A DNA stretch of 64,000 nt from Octopus sinensis (Eukaryota), in NCBI RefSeq assembly GCF_006345805.1, contig NC_043004.1:90272001-90336000 (forward strand), in the 5' to 3' direction. Under the pieces are notes generated by a model. That model was given only the letters and a program-made list of their open reading frames with translations, did no database searches and was not told the origin of the DNA. Position 1 is the stretch's first letter. Each line of letters starts with the position of its first letter. Shown here piece by piece: positions 49,221 through 62,645 of this stretch. Position numbers and translations under genes: made by a program.

Positions 49221-49297
49221 CTCAGCATATGGTTTAATCAAAATTGGTTTTTGTTTTAAAACTCGGGGGGAAAACTTCAAAAAGAATTCAGGTTTGT
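49221..49297 (-). CDS. candidate 77-nt exon (KPEFFLKFSPRVLKQKPILIKPYAE)
   Basis: Acceptor CCCAATTTTTCTAG, donor GAG|GTAAGT. Only the phase-1 entry frame is open. Confidence 0.45.
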
Positions 49298-49318
49298 CTA
49301 GAAAAATTGGGTTAACTC

Positions 49319-49372
<54 letters not shown>

Positions 49373-49377
49373 ATATA

Positions 49378-49428
<51 letters not shown>

Positions 49429-49927
49429 TATATACATATATATATATATGTGTGTGTGTGTGTGTTGAATTTTATATTGTATATGAATTATTTGTAGATT
49501 TAAGTTGCCCTTTATTCTTTAAGGCAAAAAAAAATAGACAAACTTTATAGCTATATTTTTGTATGTTGTGAAAGTTTAAGTTTTCCTATAGGTATGTATC
49601 TACTTTCAATTGAATGTTATTTCTTTTGCTTTTAATATTACTTCATTCAAAATTCAGGAAGCAATTTCATTGTAGGCATTAAAATGTTTTAAAAGTTAAA
49701 TACGTTTATTTTTGATCGTTAATTCCACACAACTTTGCAAAACTTGTTGCATGCCGCATGAGAAAGCTTTGCTTCGTTCATATCTTTTTCTCGCAGGGAG
49801 GTCAATGATATCTATACAAATAATTGTTGTAGGATTCATCTTAACCCTTGCAATTTATATATGTTGATCATTCTGTTTTAAAAGGAAAATCTATTTTATA
49901 ATTTCTCTTCCTGTTGTGTTGAACTCA

Positions 49928-49971
<44 letters not shown>

Positions 49972-50014
49972 GTGCGCGCACACACACAGAGTATTTTGTG
50001 TGTGTAGTTCTCAC

Positions 50015-50032
50015 TGTGAACGAAAATCACAT
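50015..50032 (-). CDS. candidate 18-nt microexon (xVIFVH)
   Basis: Acceptor TTCCCTACTTTATTTCAG, donor GTGAGA, phase 1-1. Confidence 0.4.
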
Positions 50033-52035
50033 CTGAAATAAAGTAGGGAAGTAATAAATAGTCTCTAAATTAATGATTAAGGACTAAAAAGTTATATTTA
50101 AAAGAACAAATTCGTTTTAAGAAGTTTATAACTTGCTTAATGAGTTATATTTCGGTGTGGTCGAAATATATAAAAAAAAAATTAGAAACAGAATTGTGAA
50201 AACCGAGAAACGTTGAATGTACAGTAAATACATTGGGAATACTGGATGAATACTTTTAAAAAGGCGAATACCTTTTTAAAAGGTATTTATCTCAAAAAGA
50301 TAATTGAAACTAAATGTTGTTATGTCTTGTATCATGATAAAATATAGTATTTCACTCACTCATACACACTTCCGAACATAGTATTTACGTTTCTGACACT
50401 GAATTATCCATACAGAGATTCTTCTTCAACACAAAATGTCCCTTTAAATCAAGATAACTATTATTTAAGACCAGTTTATGATTTCAAAAACCCCTTATTA
50501 TTTGACTGCAAACTTCACACAACTTTTCAAAACTTTTTTGTTGCGGGCGTTTGACAACTGCACACACACACACGCAATCAATTAAACAGACAAAGCAATT
50601 GCTGTGGGATGAATTCCACCCGACTTATTTATCTTCTATTATTTCACATTTGACTTTAAGAGAAATAGTTTTAAATGTTGTAGGACACCGACTTCATCTC
50701 TTCTTTTCCCTTTTCGTGCACATACCCCCACACACGCAGTTGAATATATTTCCATTACTACAAGTTTCTTGCCGAACGGAAATCACCAGATAATAATACT
50801 TCCACTGATATTATATAATTTCTTGCAGTGAGGCTCTTTAATATTTAAATTTAATGTCAGTCTTTCTGATTCACGCTGCACTGTTCGTAAAATATATATT
50901 GTGAAATTACTGACTAGCCGTCTAAAGCAAAGATATGCAAATTAAACTATCCACGGAAATAGCTTACTTCCAAACCCCTTTATGTAGTAGTTGAATATTT
51001 TGTGCCATCGATTGCGAAAGGAAATCAAATACGTTTCCTCTGAAGAGCAGTCGATGAACTTCGAAACGGTTCGTCAGGAGATTTTCTTTGTTTTGTTCAT
51101 TAAAAGCATAGAAGGAATGTGTTTACGTTATTTATTTCCTGCCACATCTAATGTTATATTGTGCACATATAAGTCTGTGTGTGTATTTATTAAAGTCCTT
51201 GTGTTTTTTTTTTTTTGACGACAAACTATTTAGTCTTTTAAGAATTAGTTTACATCTGAATGTAATCATTCAATTCTTTTTATTCAATCTTTAGTGGAAA
51301 TGGGTTATATTTACGACAATCAATGGGGGAAAATTAATAGAATGGTTCGTCCTAGATTGAATGCTTTGTAGTATTAGCTTTCTGTATCTGAATTTAGATG
51401 GCACCTAACTTTTCTTCATCCAATACTAGGAGCAATCCTTCTCTTTCTCTCTGTTCAGGCACAACTACAGTTTGGTACTCCCTTCTGACTTTGTTTCCTC
51501 ATAACTTCCTGAAAATGCTTACTTTTATATAAAATTTGGTTAATGTATATTCCTAAAGGATGTAAGTTACAGTTATGTTGATAAAATTCAGAAGGTGGTT
51601 TTTTAAAAATTTATTTCTGAGGACTTTTGAACTGTTCTCTGCTGCAACTTTCTTGCTACTGATTTCTGCAGCAGAATTATGTTTGAAACATAAAGCATCA
51701 TGTAATCTATAATCCTGAAAATGTACTTCTGCAAAATGTCACTTAGAAATGAGTTTTAAAGAGTTATGAGGAAATAAACTGAGGAGGATGTTTTATTTAA
51801 TGTCCTTTCATTGTATGACTGGATGGTTAAGAAGTTTTTTTTGCAATAACAAGGCCTCAGGTGTGTGTGTGTATGCATGGACATATATATGTATATGTGT
51901 GTGTGTGTGTATATATATATATATTTGATGGACTCGCCCGTTGGTTTCAATGTATGAGGCTCCGACAACATACTCTTTCTTTGTCAGTCATATATATATA
52001 TATAAGCGTGCTCATATGTATGTGTATGCATATAT

Positions 52036-52071
<36 letters not shown>

Positions 52072-55000
52072 ATGTGCATGTTTATATGTGTTTGTGTGTG
52101 CATATAAAAAAATCTGTGTGTACACTCCTATATATTTTAGAAAGCATGTGAATAAAACGGAAATGCTTTTATCCTAGGATTGAAACTGTGTCTCTAGCTT
52201 TGGTCATAAATACCTGACCTGATAAGTTTTGACTCATTTATTTTATTGTATTCAACCTGCTCCACAGCTAACAGAGTGGGTCTTTGTTTTCAGAAAATAA
52301 CTGTAGCACTCTGCTTTGTCAGTTGAGTTAAAAACAGGTAGGTCTTAAATATGTGACACTAAACAAACATAAAAAAATTAAGGTGAGAATTTAGTAGCTT
52401 TTGAGCAGTATCAGGATTCTAGGACATACGCTCTTTTTGCTTCCACCTCATGTTGCAGGCTCATTGGTGGTTGTACCAACATTGAGTGGAGACTGCAATA
52501 TATTTTTCAAATGGACCTCTCTACCTAAGATCCAAATACATTCCTTGTTAACCAATATGACAGACAATACAGTATAGCTATTCTTTTGACCCCTTTTCAT
52601 ATTACAGCTTGTGGCAGTTTTATTTGTGCCAGACACAAAGCTGGTATTTGCACTGGGTCAGCAAAAAGTGATGCTTCTTTTAGTACCCTATAGAGTGGAT
52701 GCCTGAGGACCCTACACCTATGACTCTATCAGGGATAGTGATAGAGATGATCGATGGATGGTGTGGGATTCAAGAAAAAAGGTCTGTGTATTTTTTGTTT
52801 GCCCAAGTTCACACCTTACCAGGTTTGATTTGACCTGTCATTCTTTCAGAGTTTGATAAAATAGTGTCAGCTCTGTAGTGATGGTCCCTTGACTTCTGAT
52901 GAATGAAGTCTTGGTGTGTTATCATGTCTTGGACATTTTTAACCTGATGGAACCTCTTCTTCATCAGTTTTGAATGAAGCTGATTTCTTCCAGTGTGTTG
53001 ATGAAAGTGTATCATTTAACTACAGTAGAAATTGAATAATATTCTTAAGGCTGCAATTTACTCACACGCGGCATCTTCAGAACTTTGTCGCTAATTCAGT
53101 TCTTAACCAAATTGAAGACAGTTAACATTTTTGAAGAGGGCTGGTCCCTAGCTACATTTTGGCATAAGAAAAATTGAGATTTGGTCCAGTAGGAAAAAGT
53201 TTACATCAAAATTTGTAGCAACGTTATAGGAGAGTAATGCCTCCAATCGAGTTTAGATCTAAATAACTTTTTTTATTTCAAAAGCAAAATATATTTATCT
53301 TAGCTTCAATGATAGATGGAAGCATGAACAATTTCATAGTTTGGATCCCATGCAACAAAAATTTTGATAAAAAATGTTGAGGTAAAATTTGTAAAAAAAA
53401 TGTTGAGGTAAAATACTAATAACTATTAAATTGGATTTAAGTATAATTAAACTTTTCATTTTAAAAACAAACTATATTTTAATTAAGCTTAAATGATACA
53501 GCTCAATTTGAAGAATTTCATGGTACCAATCTCATGTAATGAAGTTTAAAAAAAAGTTATGAGTGCTTCTTTCTCAAATTTGAGGGTGATAATGTAGCTC
53601 TATACATTTTTATGAATATAGTTCTATTAGGGGACTTTTAATATATGTTACCGGCATCGTTGAGGTAAGAAAAAAAAACCCCAATTGATGACACTGCTAA
53701 TTTGCAATTAGTTTAATTACGTCCTCTGTATTAATGAATGCAATTATATCATAAAAATGAAAAAAATTGAAATATAAGAAATTTGGTAAAAGCTTAGCCA
53801 TTTTGACAATCTTTTGTTTGAACTCAAAGGTGTGTGCATGCAGCTCAGCTGTTACCTTACAGGTAAAATATGTTTATTTTTGTGAGTGGAAATGTACATT
53901 TTGTTTGAAGTCAGCATAAAGTGAAAGAGAGAGGACATGTGTATGTGTTGAATGGGGTGTGTGAGACGGAAAGTGTGTGTTGTGTTTGTATGTGTGAGAG
54001 ATTGACAGTGTACATTTTTTTCTGTTTATTGTTTCTCACCTTTTTCAGTGAATATGTGATTTGACTGAGAGAGTGAGATGAGGTGTGTGTTGCTCTGTGT
54101 GTGTGTGACAGAGAGAGAGAGAGAGAGAGAGTGATAATGTGGGGGTTTTTTTTTGGGGGGGGGGTGCAGAGATTGTGGCCACCGGCTTAAATTCAAATCC
54201 TGTTGTGATAAACTTTCATCCTTTTGAGGTCAAGTTAATGGTATCAAAAATCATTGGCCTTGTGCCAAAGTTAGAAACAAATATTATTAAGTAGTACTAC
54301 TAGTGGTCTGGACTAAAATGCCTCTTGGTATTAAATTTGAATGTTAAAAAACATTTTGAATACATTACATAGATACATACATACATACATACACACACAT
54401 ACACACACACACATACATATAATTAACATCCACTTTTCCATGCTTACAGGTGTTAGACAGAACTTCAGGTAAATTTTCAATGGCCAGATACCCTTCTTGT
54501 CATCAACACTTACCTGTTTTCAAGCAAGATAAAATTTCCCTTTGACCAGACATTTTTCACAAAAGGCTGGAAACAAACATCGTTTATTTTTTTTACAAGC
54601 ACCATATGACGTCAAGACAAGGATACACACACACATACACACACACACACACACACACTCTCCTATATATCTGTTTATTGTTTGGAGCTGTTTGACAATT
54701 TGTTTTGATTAAAACATGTGAGTGTGTGTCTGTGCAGTCTTGCTTGTGCCTGTCTCAACTAACCAGTTCTGAAACCCTTATACAGTTGCTGTGATGTAAC
54801 TGGCAAGTAAGGGAACATACCTTTACACAAAGCAGTCTGTCTGGCTAAGCAGATTCCACTTCTACTTTACAGATCAGTGATTAAAAAATGCCATTTTATA
54901 AAACAAAGATGACCCATCCCTAACATGGAAATGTGGTTATGTTTTATATATCTAACGTATGGATAAAGGGTAATGTATTAGAGGAGTGTTCTGCCTACAA

Positions 55001-55144
55001 TATTCTTATATAATGACAGAAATTTAATATAAAGCATTGGGTTTGGGTAACACTATACTTGAGTGTAAAAAGAAAATACAATAACAAACTTGAGAAAATG
55101 AAACTTACTAAAGGTGGTAGCCTTGAGACATTAAACTCTTTTGT

Positions 55145-56447
55145 TATCATCATCATCATCATCATTTAATGTCCGCTTTCCATGCTAGCATGGGTTGGAC
55201 GGTTCAACTGGGGTCTGGGAAGCCAGAAGGCTGCACCAGGCCCAGTCTGATCTGGCAATGTTTCTACGGCTGGATGCCCTTCCTAACGCCAACCACTCTG
55301 TGAGTGTAGTGGGTGCTTTTACGTGCCAGAAGAGGCTGGTGAACGGTCGGATGGTGCTTTTTACGTGCTACCGGCACGGAGGCCTGTCAGGGCGGCGCTG
55401 GCAACGGCCACGTTCAGATGGTTCGCTTCGCTTACGTGCCACCAGCACTGGTATCACAGCTACAATTACCATTGATGTTGATCGATTTCGATATTGATTC
55501 TGATTCTCACTTGCCTCAACAGGTCTTCACAAGTAGAGTTTTGTGTCCCAAGAAGGAAAGGTATGCATACGTGGACTGGCTACATCACAGGTAGAGGCCA
55601 TGGGTTATGGTCTCACTTGTCCTGCCGGGTCTTCTCACGCACAGCATACTTCCATAGGTCTCGGTCTCTAGTCATTTCCTTGGTGAGACCTAAAGTTCGA
55701 AGGTCGTGCTTCACCACCTCGTCCCAGGTTTTCCTGGGTCTACCTCTTCCACAGGTTCCCTCAACCGCTAGGGTGTGGCACTTTTTCACACAACTATCTT
55801 CATCCATTCTGGTCACATGACCATACCAGTGCAAACGTCTCTCTTGCACACGCAACTGATACTTCTTAGGTCCAACTTTTCTCTCAAGGTACTTACACTC
55901 TGTCGAGTATGAACACTGACATTACACATCCAACGGAGCATACTGGCTTCATTTCTTGCGAGCTTACGCATATCCTCAGCAGTCACGGCCCATGTTTCAC
56001 TACCATGTAGCATGGCTGTTCGTACACACGCGTCATACAGTCTGCCTTTTACTCTGAGCGAGAGGCCTTTTTTCACCAGCAGAGGTAAGAGCTCTCTGAA
56101 CTTTGCCCAGGCTATTCTTACTCTAGCAGTTACACTTTCAGCACACCCACCTCTGCCACTGACTTGGTCACCTAGGTAACGGAAGCTATCAACTATTTCT
56201 AGTTTTTCTCCCTGGAATATGGTGGAAATTGTTCTCTGAGCATCTGCCACATACAAAAACTATTTTCCTAGTTAGCCTTCCTTTGACATTGCTGCACCTC
56301 TTATGTGTCCATAGATTACACTTGGTACATCTCATAGTTTCTACCTACGCCTTTTCTACAGATCGAGCAGGTCCATCTACCTGAAGACGTTTGTGATTTG
56401 TCTACCTTCCTACTTATTAGGACTTTGGTTTTAGCTAGGTTGACTCG
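55145..56447 (-). mobile_element. RTE LINE 3' part: RT C-terminus with PHD-like finger, plus 3' UTR
   Basis: VNLAKTKVL, WTCSICRKGVGRN..RCTKCNLWTHKRCS...FVCGRCS, LEIVDSFRYLGD, LHGSETWAV, ERRLHWYGHV and GRPRKTWDEVV, then the UTR and (GAT)n tail. Confidence 0.92.
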
Positions 56448-58523
56448 TTAAAATACACCGTTTCAAATAATATTGAAAATAATTTAGAAATTAGTAAAAT
56501 AACCTTGTAATTATTAAGGCTGAGGTTTGGAACAGAAATAAACATGGAATTTTGAGGGTAGGCTTTAATTCAGATCATTTGAAAATAGAAAAGTTTGTAT
56601 CATAAAACCAAGAGCAGTCTTAAGTAAATTGGTTTTAAAAGGGTTAAAGACTTGTTTATACACTAATCAGTATGTATAGCGAATATATCCAGTGGCAAAT
56701 GTTAATTCTGTTAACCCTTTGGTGGTGGTGTGTATACACATGGGGGAAATTTGCCTTGCCTGGAAACAGGTGAGGTGTAGGAGAGGTATCTGGTTGTAGA
56801 AAAATCTGCCTCAACGAATTGTCTGGCCCATGCAAGTAGATGATAAAACGATCATGATGATGATCGTGTCTTGAAATTTTTGTGGGTGTGAACTAAAACA
56901 ACTTTAGGATATGTTATTGCAAACCTGACTTTTCAGAAAACCATTATTAAGATGAGGAAGAAGTATAACACCCATAACTTAACGAGGTGGGTGCAGTTGA
57001 TGTTCCGTTGAAATCTCTTTCAGTTGGTTAATGCCTGTATGGAAAACATGGGTGGGGGGATATTTCAGGATGTTTGCAAAGTGCTTACTGCTGAGTTTTG
57101 GTAGCAGGATACAATAAAGATGACATGAGGAGGGAAGATGGGTGCGTTGGGTATACTTACATGGAGGTGGTACCCGGCTTGTTAGTTCAGAAAAGCAGAA
57201 GCTGTGGTAGAAGTGGCAGAGAAAAGAAACATGCTTGTGGACCAGTGAGTTGGTGAGGTTGACGTTCAGTTGTTTTGAAAATTTTCTTCATGTATATTTT
57301 CATATATTTTTTTGTTAGTGATTTATGATTTGTTGGAATTTGATGATTTAGGTCATTCTACCATTGACATTTCGAGACATTCTTAGTATTTCCTTCTAGA
57401 TGTAAACATTTCAACTGACAGGTGGTTTTACTGTTCTCACTTTTTAAATCTTAATTTAGGGCAGAAAGGCATGGCTATGTGGTTAAGAAATTCTCTTTAT
57501 AAGTCACATGGTTTTAGGTTTGATATTATAGCTTGGAACCATGGACATCATAACCTCAAGTGAAATTTCTTAAACAGAAACTGTGGATGTCCACCACAGG
57601 AATTGTATCTATTTTTATCCAATTTAACATCACTAAATGGCCTTTTGGATGCCTTTAGCAGAGGTGTACACTCAAATGCAAGCATTTACACTCTATCACA
57701 ATAAATTAGAGATACAATTAATTGAACACACTCTCAGTATATTACTGATATTTATCAAAACATTCACATACCCATATATTGGAATATAACACAATACACA
57801 CCTCACCCAGTATCACAACCCTCTCAGTTGAAGGGGCGTCTTTTTTTCTTTGTCTTGCAAGCTACTTAACAACCTCACTAGTGCTGGTGTCATGAAAAGC
57901 ACCAGCTGTAAAGTGGTTGGTATTAGGAAGAGCATCTAGTTAAAGAAATCATGCTAGAACTGACATTGGAACTTGACACAACTTTATGGCTTGTTGGATC
58001 CCATCAAGCCATCCAACTAATGACTATCATATGATTATGATAATGTGTTGATCATTAATTCTGCCCCCACCCAATCATCATTAACTATGTTTCAATTCTT
58101 CATTATGTAATCTGTAAGATTACATAATGTCTTCTTGCTGTCTTCTTACTATTCAGTTTCATGTCCAAACTGGCAAGATCTACCCTTTTACTGGCAAGAT
58201 CCACCCTTTTACACCTACCCTACATTCTAATTACATCATTGAAACCTCAAAGCTATAAGATAACACCTGATTAATTCAAAACAGTGTGAATAAATAAGCA
58301 TCACCATTGCACCTTCGACAGGTTAATGCTAAAAGGTTAATGCTCAGTTGATTACTTAACTCATTTACACTCTCTATTCTTAAGTAATTTATCACTACCT
58401 ATTCAGGAATAAACTAAATCCAAAATCTTGTCTTAGACCAGGTAGATTACATAGCCAGGAAATTGAATTGCTCAAAATATGGTGTACATACATTGTAAAT
58501 ATACAATCTAAGAATGAGATTAA

Positions 58524-58745
58524 CTCTTTCGTTACCAAACCGGCTGAAACCGGCTCTGGTTTTGTAATACAAATGTCTTGTTTTCATAAGTTTTGAATTA
58601 AAATCTTCCACCAAACCTTAGTCACAATTTATGCTCCTAACACTAGCTTAATGATAACTAAGTTATTTTACTAAATTCTTTGTTCTATTTAAAATTAATT
58701 GAAAGAAACACAGAGCATCTCAAAATAAATACAGTAATGAAAGGG
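58524..58745. mobile_element. piggyBac-type MITE (second copy)
   Basis: TTAA at 58520-23 and 58746-49. Reverse complement of 4396..4616. Confidence 0.85.
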
Positions 58746-60009
58746 TTAATATTCTAGAAAATTATAATCTTGTTAACAATTCATCTCAAACATTTAGATG
58801 TCTGATATCTAAGCTGAGAATTTCTTTCAACTGGCACTGAAGTTTTGAAGTGCTGATGCTAACCCTGGCTCAAAGCTTAGCTTTGGAATACTGGACTCTA
58901 CTTCAAATTCAGTTTGAATCTATACATTCCGAGGTAAAGTACTCTGATGATTGGTGATTGAACTGATCAAAACAAAGTATACAGATATATCTATTGTCAA
59001 TATACATTGTGAAGATGAGGGTTGGTTCCATTGGACTGGGTTATTGCCATTGATCTATAAAAAAATTGCTCTCTCAAACTTGCCCTAGACCTTTATGGTC
59101 AAGTACTTCCTGGAAGTTTTAAAGCAAGTGGATTTGAAGCCACTCTGCCACTTCAACTTAGATTGCAGTATTGAACTTTTAATTGGGGCAGTCTCTCCAC
59201 AGCAAGTTCTATTAGCATAATTTCACAACTTGTTGGGATAACCCCAACAACAAGATGAGTTAATAATTCTGAAAATTACAAGTTTAATGAATAGATTAAA
59301 ACATTTTTTTTTCTTTCAATAGTTTTAAATTGAGAATGCACACACACACATAAATACACAAATACAAATAATTTCAAACTAAGATTGATATTTGAATCAA
59401 TTTAATTTTAAATCAAGCTAAAACGAACTGACGAAATTTCAGTTTGTAATCAAATTAAATTTCCTTTTGAGTTCAAATTAGATTTTCATTTTGTAAAAAT
59501 ATGTTTGATGCAATTTTTTTAAAAAGAATAATCTGGTTATGATTTACAGAAGTATTACATTTTTAATTATGAATTTTTTTTCAGTCAAATTTTGCTTCAG
59601 ATTTAAATGTCAGTTTTTAAAATTTCAAACTCAAAAATTAAAATCTCCCATCTTTCATCCTAACTCATTGAACCCTTTTGATTTCATTCTACCTGAGACT
59701 GCCCCTGACTCCTATAATACAAACTTTTTGTTTTAAAGTGATCTAAGTTAAAACCATAAAAATTTCATGTGCACCAGTTTAATAATGACTTTTTTTTTTA
59801 CAAGATTCTTGTTATTTTAAAAATCAACCGAAAATAAAAGCAGTTTATTTCAATAGAAATATGGTAATAAAATAGCCAAATCATTTTGTTGTTATAATGT
59901 ATAATTTGTGTATAACCTTTTCATCAATTGGCATTGAAATGTGATATAGTAAGGGTAATTTTAAAAGTTAAATAAGCAAAGCTCTTCAATGAGGATGGAA
60001 TGTCAGGTG

Positions 60010-60450
60010 TGGAGTGGGTAAGGATGAGCTACATTTATTACGAGGACTACAAAAATTGTATCAGAGAGACTGATGTGATATCTCCAACGGAAGTTTTTGG
60101 GTGTAGGAGAAGAATGTTATCTAGAACTTTTCCATGATATAAGGTTATTTGTAAGTAGCTCAAGGCATATGTTCTGTTGTTGATCTGAAGAGGACAGATG
60201 TGAGAGAGGGTGGAGAGATAAAGAAGAAAATATATTCATTTTGAGGAAAGTTTTATCTCTGATATAAGAGAACAAGTTCTGGTATGGTGTTTAAATTCTC
60301 TGGTGGTTACCTATGGTTATCAAATTATCGTTGAAGTTCAATGCTTTTCAGAAGAGAAGTTTTGTCATTCAGTTCTTTCTATTCTGACACTTTTTCTGTG
60401 CACTGAGTGAGGGAAGAGATCTTGCTTCATTGAAGTAAATGGTAAAATAG
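60010..60450 (-). pseudogene. heavily decayed CR1/L2-like RT fragment
   Basis: Across frameshifts: IPELV.LISEI...HICP...NRTYALSY.QITL.MEKVLDNILL. Confidence 0.45.
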
Positions 60451-61138
60451 TATCAAGCCTAACTTAGTGGGTGGGGATGGACTTTCCTAAGTAGTTCATT
60501 CAACCTGCCTAATGTAGGGAGCTAAATCTGTCACCACCACCTCTTCTCTCCCTCTCTCTCTTAATTCCCCCATCTGTCTATGAAATGGTAGTAGGGCCAT
60601 TTAAATCAAAGAATGGTTTGGCTACATAGTTCTTTAATTTATAAAATGTAGCAGTCAGATCTTCCCTACCAACAAACTGCCTACTGTTATATATATGTGT
60701 ATATATATATATTTATGAATTTTTAGGTAAGATACCTAATTTGGACTATGGAGCCACCAGATCACCCTTAACACTTCTTGAATCTCTTTTGAAGTTGTAG
60801 CAGGGGGACATGAACTGCCTAGTATGTGTCTATATAGTTACGCAAGCTGGCAGATGTAGCATTCAGATCTCTGGTGACTAATATTTTTATTTTCATAGTA
60901 AAGACCATGTGAGTCAGCTAGGGAACTTTTTTCATGTTGCCTTTGAACCTTACTAAACTTACCTGCTGCAAACATCCTTATTTCAAAGAAAATTGGGGTC
61001 ACATTAATCACACGAAGGGAAACTTTTTTTACTGTCACTGAATATGCTCATTGCGACTGGTAAATCTCTTGCAACATGCATCCCTATTTTAAAGAAAATA
61101 GGGGCCATATCAGCTAGCGAGGGAATTTCTTTGTAATT

Positions 61139-61525
61139 GCGCGAGTGGCTGTGTGGTAAGTAGCTTGCTAACCAACCACATGGTTCTGGGTTCAGTCCCA
61201 CTGCGTGGTATCTTGGGCAAGTGTCTTCTGCTATAGCCTCAGGCTGACCAAAGCCTTGTGAGTGGATTTGGTAGACGGAAACTGAAAAAGCCTGTCGTAT
61301 ATATGTATATATATGTTTGTGTGTCTGTGTTTGTCCCCCTAGCATTGCTTGACAACCGATGCTGGTGTGTTTATGTCCCCGTCACTTAGCGGTTCGGCAA
61401 AAGAGACTGATAGAATAAGTACTGGGCTTACAAAGAATAAGTCCCAGGGTCGATTTGCTTGACTAAAGGTGGTGCTCCAGCATGGCCGTAGTCAAATGAC
61501 TGAAACAAGTAAAAGAGTAAAAGAG
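61139..61525 (+). mobile_element. SINE A, full length
   Basis: Head to (GTAAAAGA)n tail. Confidence 0.9.
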
Positions 61526-62429
61526 CTGAATCTTTAACAAGTGACCAATTGTAAAAAGCAAAATAGAGCCCCACAAGCCAGTTTCTGTGAAGTCTTTTAA
61601 TAATGCTGAATGTACAACTCAATTTTTTGCAAAAACCATTATCGGTCATTAAAGGAACTTTTATGGTTATGACTGAAACTTTTCTATATAAGTTTCCAGT
61701 TCTCTTTCAGCTAGTGTCTCTGCTAGCTTTAAAATAGTAATCAACTACTAATGGTACAAGGATTCATACTGAATGCACATTCACAGTATTTACATAACCC
61801 AGTCTTACAGAATCAAAAATGGAATGTTCACTAGTCTTAAATTCAAATATGCTTCATTTATTTTTAATTAGTTCACTCCCACTCTCTCTCTCTCTCTCAC
61901 ACACTTCTATAATTATTTCTTTACTACCCACAAGGGGCTAAACACAGAGGGGACAAACAAGGACAGATATCGACTCCAGTGCGTAACTGGTACTTAATTT
62001 ATCAATCCCGAAAGGATGAAAGGCAAAGTCGACCTCGGCGGAATTTGAACTCAGAACGTAACGGCAGACGAGTGAGTAACAATGTAGTCTTCTACAACAA
62101 GAAACCTGTTGTTTGGCATACAGCTGCCCCTCTCTCAACTGTAGCTCCACTCAGTCAAAGAGGATCTTAGTCTTGTAAGTTACATGGTGACCTCACTAGT
62201 GCTGGTGCTATGAAAAAATCATCCAACACACGTAAAGTGATTGACATTAGGAAGGTCATTCATCTGTTGAAAACCTGCAAAAGCAGATACTGGAGCACAA
62301 TATAGTCCTTAACCTCTCAGATCTTGTCAAACCATCTAATCCATACCTGCATAGAACATGGACAGTGAATAATGATGATGAGAATGACACTGAGGTTTCT
62401 GAGGTAGAACACTGTTCTTTATTTCTTCT

Positions 62430-62645
62430 ATCCATCTGATTATCAGGGAATGTCTTTACCTGTTATAAGATATTCACCTGATCATCTGGAAATGTGGTTA
62501 CCTGTATTAGTATATTCACCTGATCATTTGGGAATGTAGTTAGCTAAGATAGTATATTCTGTATTCCAAGTATTCACTTGATCGTCTGGGAGTGTAATTG
62601 CCCGTAAGAGTATATTCTACATTCCCTGAGTTCATCTGATCAGTG
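62430..62645. repeat. degenerate 42-60 bp tandem repeat, 4-5 units
   Basis: TATTCACCTGATCATCTGG(A/G)AATGT core recurs. Confidence 0.7.

Noticed and set aside
49581-49597. Recursive-splice-like site TTTTCCTATAG|GTATGT
   Set aside because: A single short motif is expected by chance in AT-rich DNA, and no host intron is defined.
51550-51716. 54-codon open frame on the minus strand after a TTTTCAG acceptor (DYRLHDALCFKH...)
   Set aside because: No convincing donor, no recognisable homology, and no phase link to the microexon chain.
52440-53890. Possible decayed transposase and DNA-transposon body
   Set aside because: It looks coding-like, but all frames are broken, no diagnostic motif was recognised, and I found no matching TIR pair.
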